A stretch of 64,000 nt of DNA. Source: Thermoplasmata archaeon (GTDB lineage: Archaea > Thermoplasmatota > Thermoplasmata > RBG-16-68-12 > JAGMCJ01). This document shows, piece after piece, positions 1 to 9,079 of this stretch. Every line of letters starts with the position of its first letter. Position 1 is the stretch's first letter. Location: contig JBHIFJ010000001.1 of the NCBI GenBank assembly GCA_046761045.1, forward strand, positions 11,795 through 75,794, written 5' to 3'. The notes below the pieces were generated by a model. The model did not search any database and had not been told where the DNA came from. It saw nothing but the letters and a program-made list of their open reading frames with translations. Position numbers and translations under genes: made by a program.

Positions 1-71
1 ATAATAATCATTGAGAATAACTAGACAGAAAGATTTTTATTAATTTCACCCGATTTGACGCCAGTGATGCG

Positions 72-590
72 ATGGACGTTCTGGATGCTATGAAAGGGAG
101 GAGGAGTGTGAGAAACTACCAGCCCACTCCCCTCTCCGCAGAGCTGATCCAACGGATTTTCAACACGGTCAGAATGGCTCCATCCGTCGACAATCTGCAA
201 CCATGGAGGTTCGTTCTCGTCAATGACGAGGACATCAAGAGACAACTGGCTGCAGCCTCGAACAACCAGAAATGGATTGCGGAAGCACCATTGGTGGTTG
301 TGGCCTGTGGGTTGTTGGATGAGGCACAGGGCATGATTGGGGGTTATATGAACAGCTATCCGGTGGACGTGGCAATGGCCATGGCCTACCTGACTCTGGC
401 GGCTCACAATGAGGGTCTTGGGACCTGCTGGGTGAGCGCCTTCAATGAGGAGAAGGTGAGGGCGGCTATCGGCGCACCGGACGATGTGAAGGTCGTGGCC
501 CTTACGCCCCTCGGCGTGCCCCGAGGAGACCCAGAACCATCTGGGAGAAAGCACCTAAACGAAATCGTGTGCTACAATAGGTATGAGTAA
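72..590 (+). CDS. Nitroreductase family protein
   Basis: RRSVRNY, APS..NLQPWRF and GLGTCWV motifs; AT-rich TATA-like element at about 35-43. Confidence 0.93.
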   Translation: MDVLDAMKGRRSVRNYQPTPLSAELIQRIFNTVRMAPSVDNLQPWRFVLVNDEDIKRQLAAASNNQKWIAEAPLVVVACGLLDEAQGMIGGYMNSYPVDVAMAMAYLTLAAHNEGLGTCWVSAFNEEKVRAAIGAPDDVKVVALTPLGVPRGDPEPSGRKHLNEIVCYNRYE

Positions 591-608
591 GCCTCAGAGA
601 GACAGAAG

Positions 609-1742
609 ATGATACCCAAGGCCAGGTTGAGCGATCAGAAGCTGTACTGCTCCTTCTGCGGGACCGAAGTTAGGGAGGAGGAGATCAGCTGCAGCAATTG
701 CGGGTCCGATTTCAGGGACGAGATTGAGGCTGATCGCTGCACCTCCTGTCTATCCCTCATCCGTGCTGGTCTGGATGAATGCCCCAACTGCGGAACGGAA
801 GTGATACTTCTCGATGGCGAGCCCCCTCGCGAAGACGAAAAGCTCGAGGAAGATTTCCTAAGGGAGCTTGTGGAAAGCACATCCCTCGTGGACGCCTCTC
901 ATCGAATTTGGGAGCTGGCGGAGCCTTTCCAGAGAGTCATTAGGCTGAGGAGAAAGAAGCTCGAGCAAATGAACTCTCTTCTCGACTCGGCCCAGAGGAG
1001 AATCGCGGAACTCGAGAACGCCACAAACGAGGTCGAAATGATGGAGAGGGCTGAGCTGGAACGACAGGTGGCTCAGCTGACGGAGGAGAGGAATGAGATC
1101 TTGGAGATAGAGAGGGGAATCATCGAGATGGAGAAGATATACAGAAACCTGCTGTCACTTCAAGAAACCGAGCTCAAGAGGAAGGAGGACAACCTGAAGC
1201 TTAGGCTCGAGGTCTTCAGAAAGGAAATCGAACGGAGGGACAGGGAGAAGAAGAGGCTTCTTCAGTGGGAACGGACCCTGAAGGAGAAGGAGAGAACATT
1301 GCACGAAAAGGCCGAGGAAGTGGAGAGGAGACAGGAAGCATTGGAGAAGCGCAAGAGGGAATTAGAGGCTTCGGAACGACGCATCGTTGAACAACTTGAA
1401 GCCAACCAGGCGGAATCCGGAGAGGCGAGAACGGCGGAAGGAGAACTCTCACAGCTCAAGGATGCCGCCGACAGAGAGCATCGTGAGGAAGGGAACGAGA
1501 AGATTGCGTCACTTGAGAGCAGGATAGGAGATCTCGAGAGCGAAATGTCGAGAATAGTCAAAGCCAAGGAGGTTCTTGAGCAGCAGGCCCTCCAACTTTC
1601 CGATCAGAACCACGAGATGAAGTACGTTCTCAAGAAACTCGATGCACTGCTTGGAGAGTTGCCCGACAACGTCATTCAGGAGTTCGCCAAGTCGAAGGAC
1701 TTCAAGAAGTATGAGAAGGTCATCGAGAGCTGCGAAGGGTAG
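609..1742 (+). CDS. Double zinc-ribbon plus coiled-coil protein with a C-terminal LDxLLGELP...F..S.DF..Y motif
   Basis: Four CxxC pairs (CSFC, CSNC, CTSC, CPNC), then an E/K/R-rich heptad region and a short C-terminal helical domain. Confidence 0.85.
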   Translation: MIPKARLSDQKLYCSFCGTEVREEEISCSNCGSDFRDEIEADRCTSCLSLIRAGLDECPNCGTEVILLDGEPPREDEKLEEDFLRELVESTSLVDASHRIWELAEPFQRVIRLRRKKLEQMNSLLDSAQRRIAELENATNEVEMMERAELERQVAQLTEERNEILEIERGIIEMEKIYRNLLSLQETELKRKEDNLKLRLEVFRKEIERRDREKKRLLQWERTLKEKERTLHEKAEEVERRQEALEKRKRELEASERRIVEQLEANQAESGEARTAEGELSQLKDAADREHREEGNEKIASLESRIGDLESEMSRIVKAKEVLEQQALQLSDQNHEMKYVLKKLDALLGELPDNVIQEFAKSKDFKKYEKVIESCEG

Positions 1743-1750
1743 TGTGAATC

Positions 1751-4700
1751 ATGGGTCTGAGAGAGAGAGCCAAAGAGATGCTTTCTGAGGGCGTCGAGGC
1801 GGAAGAGGTCGAGGTCTACGATGAGACTGAGGAACTCAGAGAAGAGATCGAGAGATTGAAGGAGGAACTGAAATCAGTCCGTGGGGAGATGGATTCCCTT
1901 CGCGATGAGCTTGAGGAGCGGGAGAAGGAGATTTCCACACGTGAGAGACAGATTAAGGAAGCCGAGGAAGAACTCGCAGCCACAAGGAGGCAGCTCAAGA
2001 AGGCCGAGAAGGCATCCGAGCGGTTCACAAAGGACGAGAAGAGAAAGCTGGAGGCTGAGATCAAGAAGCTGAAGGCCGACCTGGAGAAGAGTGAGGGGCA
2101 CCTCAAAGAACTGGAGGAGACGCTCAAATCCACGCGTGATGAACTTGGACTCAAGGCCAAGGAGGCGAAGAAAGCCAACAAGCTGGCCGAGGAAGTCAAG
2201 AAGCTGCAGGATCATCTGAAGAGTGTTGCGAAGGAACGGGAGCAGGAGGAGAAATCCCGCTCAGAGCTTGAGGAGAGGGCGTCAGAGCTTCAGAGCGAGA
2301 TTGAAGCAAGGGATAAGCGAATCTCGGAACTGGAGAAGGAGATTGAGGAGAGAGAGAGCAAACACAGGTCGTTCGACAAAGATGCCGAGTCTCTGGAGAG
2401 AAAGAAAAAGGCCTTGGAACGGAAGAGAAGAAAGATCAGAGCTGTCGAAAAGGAATTGCGGTCAAAGGAGAAAGACGTGCGTGAGTTGGAGCAGTCTCTC
2501 AAAGAGAGGGAGAAGGAAATCGAGGAGAAATGGAGAGAGACTGAGGAAGAGCTGGAGAGGACAAAGAAGGAGTTGGAGACAAGGGAAAAGGAACTGATCG
2601 ATAGGGAGGCCGTTCTTGCTGAAGAGCGCAAAGATCTGGAAGGCATCCGCAATGGCATGAGCCTGACGAAGGAAGAGCTCGGTGAGAGGGAGGCCCAACT
2701 GCTCAAGAGGTGGGAGGAGGCAGAGGCCAAGGTCAAGGAGATTGAGCGTCGTGAAACCATGCTGAAGGAGGCCATGAAATCCTTCTCCGAGGAGTCCAAG
2801 AGATCGTCAAGCAAGAAGAGGTCACTCACCCTCAGAGAGAAGAACCTTCAAAGGAAAATGGAAGAATTCGAGCAGAATCTCCAGTCTTGGAAACAAGAGA
2901 AAAAGGCAATGAAGGCCCAAGAGAGAAAGTTGAAAAAGAGCATGGAGCAGGAGAGAAGGGCCCTAGACCTCGGGAAAGCAGAACTGGAGAAGCGCGAGGA
3001 ATCCGTAGCCGCGAAGGAGAAGGAACTCAGGCAGGCTGTGAAGGATCAAGAAGCTGAAGGGAAGAGACTTGACCAGGAGGGCAGGGACATCTTCAAGCGA
3101 AAGGAGAAACTCGAGAAGTGGCGGGAGAAACTCTCTGACAAGGAGGTCCAACTGAAGGAGAGGGAGATCCAGCAGAGGAAACAGGAGAAGTTCCTGACAT
3201 CCAGGGAGAAAATGCTTGAGGCCAAGTACACCGAACTCGCGGAGCTGGAAGCGAATCTGGAAATCCAAAGAGAGACACTGCTGGCTAGGGAGAAAAGAGT
3301 GAAGCGAATTGAGGCCGAGAGTGAGGATCAGCTGTCGATTCTGAAGGATAAACAGAAGGCGATTTCCGCCAAGGCGAAGGAACTGAAGAACAAGGACCGA
3401 AGGATAGCAAAGAGGGAAAAGGAACTCCTCGCCAAGGAAGACGAGTTGTCATTCAAGTTCGATGAGATATCCGAGATTGAGGAGTCCCTGATTGCCTACA
3501 GGGAAAGGCTCAAATGGATGGAGGAGGAGATGCGAAGCAGAGAAAAGGACCTGAAGGATGTTGAGGCCCGCTTGGCCAGTGAAAGGGAAGAGATGGGAAG
3601 GGAGAAGGAGGCGTTGAAGGAACGAGAGTCCATAGTTGTGAAGAACGAAGACGAGGCTAGCACGAGACTCTCCGAGGTCAGAAAGAGGGAGAAAGCTCTG
3701 CAACAAGAGACAAGGCAACTCGAGAAAGAGAGATTGGAGCTGGACAAAAGCCTGAGGAATCTGAACAAGAGTGTGGAGGTCTTTGAGCGGGAGAAGTCAA
3801 GGACAGAGAGAAGCCTCCATAAACAGCAGGAGGAGATCAATCGAGAACTCGTGAAGATCAGGAAGGAGAAGGACCTCCTGGGCAAGAGGAAGAGGGGACT
3901 CAACGTACTGGAGGGAGAGATCGAAGGAAAGAAGATTGCGATAGACGAAATGGAAAAAGAGATGGCAAGAAAAATGGACAGACTGAAATCCGATGAGGAA
4001 GACCTCAAGAAACGAATGGACTATGTGGAAAAAAGGGAGGCGGAGATATCTGAGTTCGAGGCGGATCTTGTGGGTAGGGAGGACGAGGTCAGCCTCCAGC
4101 GCACGGAGCTTGAGAAGAAGAAATCTGCCCTGCAGGAATTGGAGGAACGCCTAGCGGAGGAAGAGAAGCGGATGGCAAAGGAGAAGCTGAAGCTCGACGA
4201 ACTCTGGAAGAACCTTGGGCGGGAAGGCAAACGCCTGGAAGGTCTCAGAAGAGCAACCCTGGAGGAGGAGAAGACCATCAAGGAGAAGAGAAAGAAGCTT
4301 GACAAGAAGGCAGAGAAACTGCTTGAGTCGGAGACCAAGCTCAACCTGAAGAAGAAGGAATTGGAGAGCAGAGAGGAAGAACTCCGCGAGGGCATAGAGA
4401 AGATAGGAAGGGATCAAGAGGAGCTCAGGTCAAGGGCAGAAGAACTCGGGCAGTTTGAAAGGAAGCTCTCAAAATGGTCCAAAGAGTTGGAGGAAAAGCA
4501 GAACAGCCTGGATCAGCGTAGTGTGGAGCTCGAGGCCGAGCGAAAGAAGCTTGAGAACTTGGAGACGGAACTGCCGACGAAGCTCAGCTCTCTTGAGGCC
4601 AAGGAAAGGGCTCTTGCCGAGAAGACTCTTGAACTGGAGAGGACATCCAAGCTGATTGATCAGGAGATGAGCAGATTCGAGGACGAGAGGGAGGATCTTA

Positions 4701-5338
4701 GGGAGAGAGAGAAAGAAATCGCAGAGATGAAGAAGACATCAGCCTCGCTGCTGGAATACGCGGAATCCTTGGTCGAGAGCAAGAAAACCAAGATGAAAGA
4801 GGAGATTGAGGAAGCCCTCCTGGAACTCGAGTCGAGGCAGAAGGAAGTTGACGAGAAGATGAGGATTGCGGAGGAGGCCTTGGCAAGGAAGGCCGAGGTC
4901 GAGGATTCCATCAAGAGCCTCAAAGAAAAGGAATCAGAGATGCTCGTCCTGAAGAAAGAGCTCGAGCTCGAAAGAGAATCCCTTCGAAAGGAACGAAAGA
5001 GCGTAAACGAAATGCTGAGTAGGATCGAGAGGGAAAGCCAGAATCTCTCTGAGCGGGAGAAGAGATTGGAGAAGGAGGTTGAGAGGGCCCTAGCCAAGGA
5101 GAGAAAGAGGCTGAAAGCCGAATCCAAGAGGCTGAAGGAAGAGCAGAGGGAAGTTTCGAAGACCTTGGAGGAGCTCAGGGTCAGGGAGAAGAACCTCGAA
5201 AGGAAGGAAAAGGAGATATCCTCTCTCGAAGAGAAGAACCGCAGGAGAGAGCGGGAGCTTCTGAAGGCCCGAGAGGAGGTTGAGACGAGGTCAAAGCGCA
5301 TCGATGAGATGAGGGCCAGATTGTCCAAGATCCTCTAG
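1751..5338 (+). CDS. Very long (1195 aa) coiled-coil protein with no recognisable globular or ATPase domain
   Basis: Uninterrupted ORF, E/K/R/L-rich heptad pattern throughout, a single Pro seen, no Walker A or ABC signature. Confidence 0.88.
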   Translation: MGLRERAKEMLSEGVEAEEVEVYDETEELREEIERLKEELKSVRGEMDSLRDELEEREKEISTRERQIKEAEEELAATRRQLKKAEKASERFTKDEKRKLEAEIKKLKADLEKSEGHLKELEETLKSTRDELGLKAKEAKKANKLAEEVKKLQDHLKSVAKEREQEEKSRSELEERASELQSEIEARDKRISELEKEIEERESKHRSFDKDAESLERKKKALERKRRKIRAVEKELRSKEKDVRELEQSLKEREKEIEEKWRETEEELERTKKELETREKELIDREAVLAEERKDLEGIRNGMSLTKEELGEREAQLLKRWEEAEAKVKEIERRETMLKEAMKSFSEESKRSSSKKRSLTLREKNLQRKMEEFEQNLQSWKQEKKAMKAQERKLKKSMEQERRALDLGKAELEKREESVAAKEKELRQAVKDQEAEGKRLDQEGRDIFKRKEKLEKWREKLSDKEVQLKEREIQQRKQEKFLTSREKMLEAKYTELAELEANLEIQRETLLAREKRVKRIEAESEDQLSILKDKQKAISAKAKELKNKDRRIAKREKELLAKEDELSFKFDEISEIEESLIAYRERLKWMEEEMRSREKDLKDVEARLASEREEMGREKEALKERESIVVKNEDEASTRLSEVRKREKALQQETRQLEKERLELDKSLRNLNKSVEVFEREKSRTERSLHKQQEEINRELVKIRKEKDLLGKRKRGLNVLEGEIEGKKIAIDEMEKEMARKMDRLKSDEEDLKKRMDYVEKREAEISEFEADLVGREDEVSLQRTELEKKKSALQELEERLAEEEKRMAKEKLKLDELWKNLGREGKRLEGLRRATLEEEKTIKEKRKKLDKKAEKLLESETKLNLKKKELESREEELREGIEKIGRDQEELRSRAEELGQFERKLSKWSKELEEKQNSLDQRSVELEAERKKLENLETELPTKLSSLEAKERALAEKTLELERTSKLIDQEMSRFEDEREDLREREKEIAEMKKTSASLLEYAESLVESKKTKMKEEIEEALLELESRQKEVDEKMRIAEEALARKAEVEDSIKSLKEKESEMLVLKKELELERESLRKERKSVNEMLSRIERESQNLSEREKRLEKEVERALAKERKRLKAESKRLKEEQREVSKTLEELRVREKNLERKEKEISSLEEKNRRRERELLKAREEVETRSKRIDEMRARLSKIL

Positions 5339-5358
5339 ACCGGAATTTTTCGTCAGGC

Positions 5359-5382
5359 TTTTATAGGTAAAGTGCATTTTAC
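5359..5382 (+). promoter_or_regulatory. TATA box (TTTTATA) followed by a near-palindrome GTAAAGTGCATTTTAC, upstream of the ABC operon
   Basis: TATA at 5359-5365; 16-bp inverted repeat at 5367-5382 (14/16 symmetric); AGGAGG RBS at 5401. Confidence 0.5.
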
Positions 5383-5413
5383 TTTCATAAAGTCTGCTTG
5401 AGGAGGCGGAAAT

Positions 5414-6340
5414 GTGGCTCAAAGGACAAGTGCTGCGCTAGTGGCGATGATTGTTGCAGTCGTGTTCCTCGCTGGGTTCTCAATGGGGTACCTGGCGGCT
5501 CCTTCCCTCCAAGGAGGTGGTGGAACGAGAGGGGAACGCGTCACCGACGACTTCGGGAGGGAGGTCATCGTTCCACAGCCCGTTGAGCGGATCGTCTCGC
5601 TAGCTCCCAGTAACACAGAAATCTTGTTTGCTTTGGGTCTTGGCGATCGCGTCGTCGGTGTGGACCAGGCCTCAGACTACCCCCCGGAGGCTCTTGAGAA
5701 GACTGTCGTGGGTGGCTACTTCGGCGGCTACAACATGGAAGTGATCTCTGTTCTTGATCCCCAATTGATACTGGCTTCATCAATCAACGATCCACAGCTG
5801 ATTGGGGAGCTTGAGAACAAAAGCTTCGCCGTGGTGGTTCTGGACGCTTCGGACATTGCTGGAGTCTTTCGAGATATAGAACTGGTGGGTAACATCACTG
5901 GCGCTTCGGCCGCGGCCAATGCGCTCGTTGCTAATCTTACCCAGAGAGTGGAGAATGTTACCGGCCTGACACTGGAGGGTGGTGCAGGGACTCCCAGGGT
6001 CTATGTCGAGCTCGATTTCAACCTGTGGACATACGGTCCTGGCTCGTTCGGTGATAACCTCCTCGGGCTTGCTGGGGGAGAGAATATCGCTGGAGACCTG
6101 GGCCATCCGTATGTACAGCTCGACGAGGAGTTTGTTGTGGCCTCCGCCCCAGACATCATAGTATCCGTCTTCACGCCTGTGGAGGACATCAAGTCCAGGC
6201 AAGGTTGGTCCGACGTTCCTGCCATCCAGAGCGACAGAGTGTACGCAATTGATGGCGACCTAATTTCTCGTCCAGGTCCCAGAGTCGTTGATGGTCTTGA
6301 GGAACTGGCCAGGCTAATACACCCCGAGCTATTTCCATGA
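5414..6340 (+). CDS. btuF: Cobalamin/Fe-siderophore ABC transporter substrate-binding protein (BtuF-like)
   Basis: N-terminal TM/signal; VTDDFGREV, RIVSLAPSNTEILFALG and RPGPRV motifs. Confidence 0.85.
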   Translation: MAQRTSAALVAMIVAVVFLAGFSMGYLAAPSLQGGGGTRGERVTDDFGREVIVPQPVERIVSLAPSNTEILFALGLGDRVVGVDQASDYPPEALEKTVVGGYFGGYNMEVISVLDPQLILASSINDPQLIGELENKSFAVVVLDASDIAGVFRDIELVGNITGASAAANALVANLTQRVENVTGLTLEGGAGTPRVYVELDFNLWTYGPGSFGDNLLGLAGGENIAGDLGHPYVQLDEEFVVASAPDIIVSVFTPVEDIKSRQGWSDVPAIQSDRVYAIDGDLISRPGPRVVDGLEELARLIHPELFP

Positions 6341-7413
6341 CAGGAAGACCCTCATCCGAGCCGGACATTGTGAAAAGGATCCGCTTGAGACGGACCCTTT
6401 CAATTGGTCTGTTTCTTCTATTGCTGGCCTCGGTGTTCCTGTCTCTGATGTTTGGGACCGTGGGTCCAATAGGCCCCGATATCCCTGAGAGGAAAGGCTG
6501 GGGACAATTCTTCGATTCAGTCATCGGGTCAGGTCCCAGTTTCGATGAGAATATGAGAACAATCCTGCTCGAAATGCGGTTGCCAAGGATTCTGCTTGCC
6601 TGCCTCGTGGGGGCAGCGCTTTCCATCTCTGGTGCCGTTATGCAGGCCCTGTTTAGGAACCCTCTGGCCGAACCATACATTCTGGGCATCTCCTCAGGCG
6701 CTGCCGTGGCGGTCTCCCTGGGGTTGGTCTTGGGTCTCACCTTCTCCGTCCTTTCCATTCCAGCCCTCGCATTTTCCGGGGCTCTTCTCACCGTCGCGGC
6801 TGTCTACGGCATTTCTCAGGTGAGAGGGCGGATCAAGACAGACACTCTCTTGCTTGCTGGTGTTGCTATCGCATCATTTCTTTCAGCGGTGAGTTTCTAT
6901 ATCCTCTACGCGGCCGGCAAGGACAGGGACCTGATAATCTCGTGGATAATGGGCAGCTTCACCATGACGACCTTTGACGAAGTGCTCATCACGTTCTCGG
7001 TTGTGGCGGTTGGCGGGCTCCTTGTTTTCCTCTTCGCGAGGGATATGAATGTGATGCTCATGGGGGAGGAGACCGCGAAACAGCTCGGGGTGAACGTGGA
7101 TTTTGTCAAGCTTGTTGTTCTGGCCACGGCTTCGATTCTTGCAGCAATCGCGGTTTCCTTTGTCGGCATAGTGGGATTCGTTGGACTGATAATCCCCCAC
7201 GTGGTCAGGATGATTCTGGGTCCTGACAACCGCATTCTCATACCCGCGAGTGCTTTTGCAGGTGGAACGTTTCTCATCTGGATGGATGTTTTGGCTAGGA
7301 CTCTCATGGGCGGGCAGGAGATCCCCATTGGGATAATCACCGCGTTCTGCGGGGCTCCCTTCTTCGTCTACCTCCTCCGCTCAAGGAAAACGGGTTATTC
7401 ATATGCTGCTTAG
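6337..7413 (+). CDS. btuC: ABC transporter permease, FecCD/BtuC family
   Basis: RLPRI, MQALFRNPLAEPYILGISSGA and GFVGLIIPH motifs; ATGA overlap with the upstream gene. Confidence 0.88.
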   Translation: MTGRPSSEPDIVKRIRLRRTLSIGLFLLLLASVFLSLMFGTVGPIGPDIPERKGWGQFFDSVIGSGPSFDENMRTILLEMRLPRILLACLVGAALSISGAVMQALFRNPLAEPYILGISSGAAVAVSLGLVLGLTFSVLSIPALAFSGALLTVAAVYGISQVRGRIKTDTLLLAGVAIASFLSAVSFYILYAAGKDRDLIISWIMGSFTMTTFDEVLITFSVVAVGGLLVFLFARDMNVMLMGEETAKQLGVNVDFVKLVVLATASILAAIAVSFVGIVGFVGLIIPHVVRMILGPDNRILIPASAFAGGTFLIWMDVLARTLMGGQEIPIGIITAFCGAPFFVYLLRSRKTGYSYAA

Positions 7414-8212
7414 GGTTGACAGGATTGAGTGCAGATACGACAGCATCAAGGTCTTGGAGGATGTGACATTCGAAGTACCGTCCGGAGCCATATTTGGCGT
7501 GGTCGGACCTAACGGGTCTGGAAAGACGACGCTCATACGGTGTATGAGCAAGGTTCTTGAACCGGCAAGGGGCGTTGTCTGGCTCAACGAGGAAAACCTC
7601 TCACACATGAGCTTCCGCGACGTGGCCAGGAATGTTGGTGTCGTCCCTCAGACCACCCGCCCTGGGTTCGCCTTCACCGCCTACGAGATCGTCGCAATGG
7701 GTAGAACCCCCTACATCGGCCGCCTCCAAGTGGAGACGAAAGAGGAATTCGATGTCATCAAGGAGGCAATGGTCTCCGCTGACTGTTGGAACCTGAGGTC
7801 GAGGCTATTCTTCGAACTCAGCGGCGGAGAGCAGCAGAGAGTCATAATTGCCCGAGCCCTGGCTCAGAATCCAGGAGTGCTCCTGCTTGACGAGCCAACG
7901 TCACACCTGGATCTCGGCTACCAATTGGAGATGATGGACATGATCGAGGGGCTGGCGGAAGAGAGGAATCTCGTCGTCATCGCAATATTCCACGACCTCA
8001 ATTTGGCGGCCAGATACTGCAAGAACATCGCCCTTCTCAGCAAGGGAAAGATAGAGAGAGTCGGCAAGACCTTCGATGTGCTCACCGACAAGAACATCAA
8101 GAAGGTCTACGGTGTTGATGTTGTCATTGAGGAAAGTGATGCAACGGGCTTCAAGACCATAATCCCGATGAGAACAAGAGCGACCCAGAGAAATATCCAT
8201 GGACGTGATTGA
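7403..8212 (+). CDS. btuD: ABC transporter ATP-binding protein (FepC/BtuD-like)
   Basis: Walker A GPNGSGKTT, signature LSGGEQQR, Walker B LLLDEPTSHLD, HDLNLA. Confidence 0.9.
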   Translation: MLLRVDRIECRYDSIKVLEDVTFEVPSGAIFGVVGPNGSGKTTLIRCMSKVLEPARGVVWLNEENLSHMSFRDVARNVGVVPQTTRPGFAFTAYEIVAMGRTPYIGRLQVETKEEFDVIKEAMVSADCWNLRSRLFFELSGGEQQRVIIARALAQNPGVLLLDEPTSHLDLGYQLEMMDMIEGLAEERNLVVIAIFHDLNLAARYCKNIALLSKGKIERVGKTFDVLTDKNIKKVYGVDVVIEESDATGFKTIIPMRTRATQRNIHGRD

Positions 8213-9007
8213 TTGACCTTGCTTAGGGACCTTAGAGAGACAACTAAGCTCCTCATCCTGCTGGAGATGATTAGACGGGAGCATTCCAAGCTCAAGACGC
8301 TTGCCGAGAGATTTGGAATGACCGTTCAGGGTGTCTCCGACTACCTGAGGATGATGACCTCCGAAGGCTTGGTTCACAACATCGGGGGCATGTACAAACC
8401 CACGAAACGAGGTGTTCAGTTCTTGCACGACGGATTCTCCGAACTGAAGAGATTCATCGAATCATCTGCGAAAGACCTGGCAATAATAGATGTCTGCTGG
8501 GCAATCGCTGCATCGGACATCAAGAAGGACGAGAGGGTGGGGCTTGTCATGGAAAACGGCTACCTGATAGCACACCCGAGAAAGAAATCACCCTCGACAG
8601 GGCGAGCATTGTTCGACGGCAAGAAAGGCCAGGATATCGCGGTGACAGAACTGGATGGCATCGCCAGTCTCAAACCAGGCAGAATAGTGATTGGGAAGAT
8701 CCCCGGAACTGAGCGGAAAGGCAGTAGAGGAGCGAGCATTCCCAAACTGAGACGCCTGATGAAGGAGGAGAGTCCAGATCTCGTTGCCATTTCGGGTGCC
8801 TCAGCGAAGGCTCTTGTCAAGAGCGCAGGGCTGAGACCCGACATCGAGTTCGCGTCTTTGGCGGCTTCGCTGGAAGCGAGCGAGAAGGGTCTGAATGTGC
8901 TCTATCTTTGCGGGGAAGAGCACTGCAATGAGGTCATGTCGCATATTCTCGAGAGGAATTCGAGTTCCGAGGATGCGATAGATTTCGAGGTAGTTTCGCT
9001 GGCATGA
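8213..9007 (+). CDS. Winged-helix transcriptional regulator (COG1497-like archaeal family)
   Basis: N-terminal HTH (LAERFGMTVQGVSDYLRMM..EGLV) plus a C-terminal alpha/beta domain; TTG start abuts the upstream stop. Confidence 0.75.
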   Translation: MTLLRDLRETTKLLILLEMIRREHSKLKTLAERFGMTVQGVSDYLRMMTSEGLVHNIGGMYKPTKRGVQFLHDGFSELKRFIESSAKDLAIIDVCWAIAASDIKKDERVGLVMENGYLIAHPRKKSPSTGRALFDGKKGQDIAVTELDGIASLKPGRIVIGKIPGTERKGSRGASIPKLRRLMKEESPDLVAISGASAKALVKSAGLRPDIEFASLAASLEASEKGLNVLYLCGEEHCNEVMSHILERNSSSEDAIDFEVVSLA

Positions 9008-9079
9008 CTCATTTGGTCACGCCTGAGAAAACGGACAAAAGAGTTAAATCGAACCTGAGATTCTTATGCGAGTGGTATC

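Noticed and set aside
1816..5328. Many Ser/Leu/Phe-rich minus-strand ORFs
   Set aside because: Antisense shadows of the purine-rich coiled-coil gene.
1751..5338. SMC/Rad50 chromosome segregation ATPase
   Set aside because: No Walker A/B, ABC signature, hinge or zinc hook; any similarity would be coiled-coil composition only.
5339..5413. Cobalamin riboswitch
   Set aside because: The region is too short and has no recognisable B12 box.
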